From contig PPNB01000004.1 of NCBI GenBank assembly GCA_003707115.1, forward strand, positions 248,001-312,000: DNA of 64,000 nt, read 5' to 3'. The stretch comes from Tortispora ganteri. Taxonomy: Eukaryota. The notes below the pieces were generated by a model. The model was not told the DNA's origin, searched no databases, and saw only the letters and a program-made list of their open reading frames with translations. This document shows, piece after piece, positions 60,313 to 64,000 of the stretch; within the stretch, counting starts at the first letter, position 1; each line of letters opens with the position of its first letter. The position numbers were made by a program, and so were the translations under genes.

Positions 60313-62697
60313 ATGGCGAACGTTACGCGTATTTATTTACCCGATTCTAATAATAAGATCAATGACGAAGTGGTTAGATATGTTGATGAATCTATTGCAT
60401 TGATAGTACAAGCTGTGCAAAAGCCATCAGAATACATGAGCGGCATTACCAGTTGTAAAGTGCTTCGGCGACTGGAAGATATATGTCGTTTAGGTTTCTA
60501 TCAAACACTATGGGAAACAATTGAACCTGTAATTATTCATGCGATTTATGATCTATTTAAAGAGCTCAAAGCTTTAGTGCCTTTGGAAGACGATAAGGTC
60601 GCATTCAATCGCGCTATAATGCATTACTATAATTTCTGCACATCTATGAGGAATATATTAAGCTATTTAAACGGATTTGAAATGAACCATATTGCATACT
60701 TTAATGATTCTGAATGGTTGGACATTCACCTTGCTTCACAATTTCAATTGATCCCCGAAGACAAAAAATCGTATATTTCTGACTGTGTCATTGCACGCAT
60801 ACTTGATTTCTCCGAGTCTAATGTCATTTCCGCTACTAATGATCCAGGAACTATCAACTTTCCAAATCGTCTGTTTTATGCATGCATAGAGATGTATGTA
60901 CGCCATTTTCAATGCGTTGATTCGAATTGTCTCTTCTTAAATGCCTTAGTACACAAGGCCACAACAATAATTGAAACTTCTGGCCCTCCCGAATCCTTTT
61001 TAAACCACTTACTAGAAGTGTCGGCTTACTTGGAGAATATTGGGCGTATTATGTTTTCTTTAAATATCTCTTCTCTTTTTGCAGAGTATGATCGTGCCGT
61101 GAAAACAATAGAAACTTACCTTGAAGACATATTTCATCAAATCCGCGAGGAAAAGGATAATACAGCTAATTCTGCATTTAACAACTCAATAATGATGTAC
61201 TGGACAAATATTATCAAGAATGGCTATAACAATGGAGATATATCGACTATAAGATACGTTTCTGATTCTCTTATAAGGACCAGGCTGATGTGCCCTGACT
61301 GGAAGCACGTCTTCTTGATACCGTTAGAAAGGCGTATAACACATATACTTACTGAAACATATACTGCTGAAAATAGTCTCACTCCTTCAGGACTTATCTC
61401 CGAACTATGCGAATGTATCTCAAATATGTACGACGTTTATGATGCTACAGGAAGCACGGATTCGGAAGATATTGACAACAAACTCCTAAACATCTCGAAA
61501 CTTTTTAGAACGGGCAACAAAGGTTTGATTGTAAAAGGTCTATCTGAATATTTAGAGCAACAATCACTTTTCTTCAACAACTCAGAAACTCATATTCAGA
61601 AGAAGTCTCGTCAAATAAACACAGCAAAGCTGAACGCGCACTTGTCACAGTCAACGGTGCCCGAGCCAAGGTTGCTCAAACACGATGAAGCATGGGTCGT
61701 TTTCAGAATTGTATTAGATCATGTGAAGTGCTACGAAGATTTTGTTGAATATTTCACTCAACGAATATTGAGATATGCACTGAATCAATCTCTTAATGCT
61801 GATAATATTGACGCAATGGTCTGCTATTTAGCCAATATCATGGGAAACGAATATTTATTTCTAATGAGAAGTGTTGTTACTTCTTATAAAGTATCTTCGT
61901 CTTTGAATCAGCGTGTTTCATTAAAAGAGCCAGTTTCCAGCTCAAAATTCTCAACTTCATTATTCAAGTACGACGATTATGTGGCATTGTCAAGAGTATA
62001 TGACATTAAAGACTACCAAAGCGTTGTCGTGCCTGAAATAATATCAAACTATAACAATGCAGTTTTGTCGACCTTCCAGCAGCATGAAAAGCATAAATAC
62101 TTGATTTATGATTATGGTGCAACTAGATGTGTGCTGTCGTATTATCAGGGTGAAAACGAATACGAACTTGTCGTTACCGGATTTCAGGCTCTTATTATCT
62201 TGCAGTTTACCTCAACTAAGGAAAATACTACCTTGAGCGTGACTGCTCTTCAGGAAAATACCGGGATACCTCTGGGTGTTTTACGTCGAAACCTTCGATC
62301 CTTGGTATCAAAGGAACATCCCTTGCTTTTAAGAATCACAGGTACTGATGAGCACGACAAAAACTCACATGAATTATTCCAATTGCATTCTTCATGGACC
62401 CCAACTAAATCGCGAATCGTATTCAGCATTCCTTCACGTTCAAGTGCAGAGATTGCGCGCATAGAAGACAACGATGCAAATCATTGTTCGGAAGACAGAA
62501 GAATGGAGATCGAAGCGGCAATTACACGCACATTAAAAGGTGTGCAAGAATTTGAGCATAAAGATTTAGTCGATACTGTGCAGAAATTACTTCCCAATGG
62601 ACCAACTGATGTCGCCAACATCAAAATTGCTATTGATTCATTGCTTGATCGAGGATTTATCGAGAGAAAAGAACCCAATATATATCGCTATAGATAG
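60313..62697 (+). CDS. Highly divergent cullin (Cul4 or Cul8/Rtt101-like)
   Basis: C-terminal cullin features: 'YELVVTGFQALIILQF', 'LQENTGIP..LRRNLRSL', neddylation domain 'EDRRMEIEAAITRTLK..IKIAIDSLLDRGFIERK..YRY'. Confidence 0.85.
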   Translation: MANVTRIYLPDSNNKINDEVVRYVDESIALIVQAVQKPSEYMSGITSCKVLRRLEDICRLGFYQTLWETIEPVIIHAIYDLFKELKALVPLEDDKVAFNRAIMHYYNFCTSMRNILSYLNGFEMNHIAYFNDSEWLDIHLASQFQLIPEDKKSYISDCVIARILDFSESNVISATNDPGTINFPNRLFYACIEMYVRHFQCVDSNCLFLNALVHKATTIIETSGPPESFLNHLLEVSAYLENIGRIMFSLNISSLFAEYDRAVKTIETYLEDIFHQIREEKDNTANSAFNNSIMMYWTNIIKNGYNNGDISTIRYVSDSLIRTRLMCPDWKHVFLIPLERRITHILTETYTAENSLTPSGLISELCECISNMYDVYDATGSTDSEDIDNKLLNISKLFRTGNKGLIVKGLSEYLEQQSLFFNNSETHIQKKSRQINTAKLNAHLSQSTVPEPRLLKHDEAWVVFRIVLDHVKCYEDFVEYFTQRILRYALNQSLNADNIDAMVCYLANIMGNEYLFLMRSVVTSYKVSSSLNQRVSLKEPVSSSKFSTSLFKYDDYVALSRVYDIKDYQSVVVPEIISNYNNAVLSTFQQHEKHKYLIYDYGATRCVLSYYQGENEYELVVTGFQALIILQFTSTKENTTLSVTALQENTGIPLGVLRRNLRSLVSKEHPLLLRITGTDEHDKNSHELFQLHSSWTPTKSRIVFSIPSRSSAEIARIEDNDANHCSEDRRMEIEAAITRTLKGVQEFEHKDLVDTVQKLLPNGPTDVANIKIAIDSLLDRGFIERKEPNIYRYR

Positions 62698-62732
62698 AGG
62701 TTTTCTATGCGTCTGTAATTCTCAAAGGTGGT

Positions 62733-64000
62733 TTAAGACTTTGTGGATAAAGATTTGATAATCCTTTTGCGTTCAGCTTCCATATCATGGTCCAAGTAAC
62801 GAACCATGTTCGTATCGGTTGTATCATTAGGACTTGATGGATTTTGTGGAGATGATCCTTTATAGCTTGTATCTTCTTGAGCATGATCAGCTTCTCCCGT
62901 CTCACGTTTTCGTTTGCCAGCAACAACGCTATGTTTGTATCCCGAACTATCGTTCTTTTTAGCTTCTTGAATTAAGTTGGCAAGTTGATAGACCTCATCT
63001 ACCGCTATTTTATCAACATTATAGGTAGCATGCTCATTATATGAATTCAGATCATCTTTGACAGTTGGGGTAATGGCTCTTTCGGCGACTGTCTCGTTGA
63101 GTAACCCTTCATTGTATCCGAGAGGAAGTGTTCTTGAGTGTTTTAAGATACTTTTTTTCCCACTATCAATTTTCTTTTTGCTATCTAAATTCGCACGATT
63201 TTTTATTAGCTCATGAAGCCGGAGATCGAGGCGCCAAGAGTAATCAGCATTTGTGTCATATGAAATGTATTTATCAGACATAGCACAATTCCATAGCCAT
63301 TGCTCTGTGACAATGGGTATCTTGGCCCTCATTGCAAGTAAGAATTTAGAACTTCTCTTTGTAAGAGCGGGAATATTAGCAGAGTTAACAATCAGCAATT
63401 TGGTGACGCCTACTTTCAATGATTGTTGCATGTCTGCGCCTATTATTTTGGCCAATTTAGTGATGTGCATGAACTCCACACCCTCGAACCCGGAAATGCA
63501 CACGGGCAGGTTCAGGAGTTCGGGTATATTCCTTGACGGGAAGAAAGAACCCCAAAAATCATATACTAAAGATTTGCAATGTAGACTTCTTTCTATCATC
63601 CATTCCGTCACTAAAACTGAAGGTTTTGAGTGGTCTTTAACACGTCCAAGATAGGGATCACCATCAGCTGGAACAACAATATACTGAGGATAAGGGGTAG
63701 AGTCAATATCCACTATTTGTCCTCCCTGAGATCTGATAGTTTTTTCGAGTATTCTTCGGTGTTTTTGGGAGAACCCGTGAATAGCAAAAGTTGTCTTTGC
63801 GAATATAAGGTCTGTAGTTGCTATTGATTCTAGTTCTGTCATACTAGTACCCATAATTTTTTTTATATCATCACTCTGCGCTTTATCAGCGTTTGGTTGT
63901 CCTTCTGGTTTAACGAGGCTGGACCAGAGCTTATCTGTAGATTGTTGACGTTTAGCCTTGACTATGTGTGAATCATGACGTTGGAGTGCTCTATTTTGTG
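62733..64000 (-). CDS. DPB11: BRCT-repeat replication/checkpoint scaffold Dpb11/Rad4(Cut5), C-terminal part (5' end outside the window)
   Basis: Frame is open from the window end. Tandem BRCT pair: 'F..HGFS..ILEKTIRSQGG..VTEWMIERSLH' and 'ISGFEGVEFMHITKL..IG..IPIVTEQWLWNC'. Confidence 0.8.
   Translation of the reverse strand, partial: QNRALQRHDSHIVKAKRQQSTDKLWSSLVKPEGQPNADKAQSDDIKKIMGTSMTELESIATTDLIFAKTTFAIHGFSQKHRRILEKTIRSQGGQIVDIDSTPYPQYIVVPADGDPYLGRVKDHSKPSVLVTEWMIERSLHCKSLVYDFWGSFFPSRNIPELLNLPVCISGFEGVEFMHITKLAKIIGADMQQSLKVGVTKLLIVNSANIPALTKRSSKFLLAMRAKIPIVTEQWLWNCAMSDKYISYDTNADYSWRLDLRLHELIKNRANLDSKKKIDSGKKSILKHSRTLPLGYNEGLLNETVAERAITPTVKDDLNSYNEHATYNVDKIAVDEVYQLANLIQEAKKNDSSGYKHSVVAGKRKRETGEADHAQEDTSYKGSSPQNPSSPNDTTDTNMVRYLDHDMEAERKRIIKSLSTKS

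Noticed and set aside
1..64000. tRNA, rRNA and transposon genes
   Set aside because: No intergenic T-loop (GTTCRA) with a cloverleaf, no rRNA signature, and no LTR or transposase/RT ORF seen by eye.

Overview
Gene-dense, nearly intron-free fungal chromosomal segment, most consistent with an early-diverging budding yeast (Saccharomycotina; inferred from protein families, short intergenic spacers and lack of introns in RPL17/NOP1). About 35 mostly housekeeping genes: TAO3 (partial), a GT2-like protein, a MATE transporter, PEX12, RPN1, BUD14/Tea4-like, a kinase, PMP22, DID4, FZO1, GCV3, MRP17, GCD2, KAP104, COY1, RPL17, NOP1, ATG27, ATP12, OSH1/2, VPS3-like, MRPL33, TMA19, SUR2, AIM3-like, DUS1, a divergent cullin and DPB11 (partial). 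No tRNA, rRNA, CRISPR or intact transposon was seen. Main anomalies: (1) a ~3 kb AT-rich island (48.5-51.5 kb) bracketed by a 254-bp direct duplication of MRPL33. It carries a strongly diverged TCTP paralogue that has gained a signal peptide, next to the canonical TMA19. (2) A 126-aa ABBA-KEN-D-box-MR-tail protein (Acm1/Mes1-like APC/C inhibitor) paired divergently with an orphan CDK-site-rich gene around a textbook Mcm1-forkhead element. (3) A probably spliced or degenerate Rec114-like gene at 4.2-5.0 kb. (4) A makorin-like CCCH-RING gene preceded by ~55-bp tandem repeats. (5) Candidate structured RNAs at 55.6-55.9 kb and 57.4-57.6 kb. All family assignments are from recalled motifs, not database searches.
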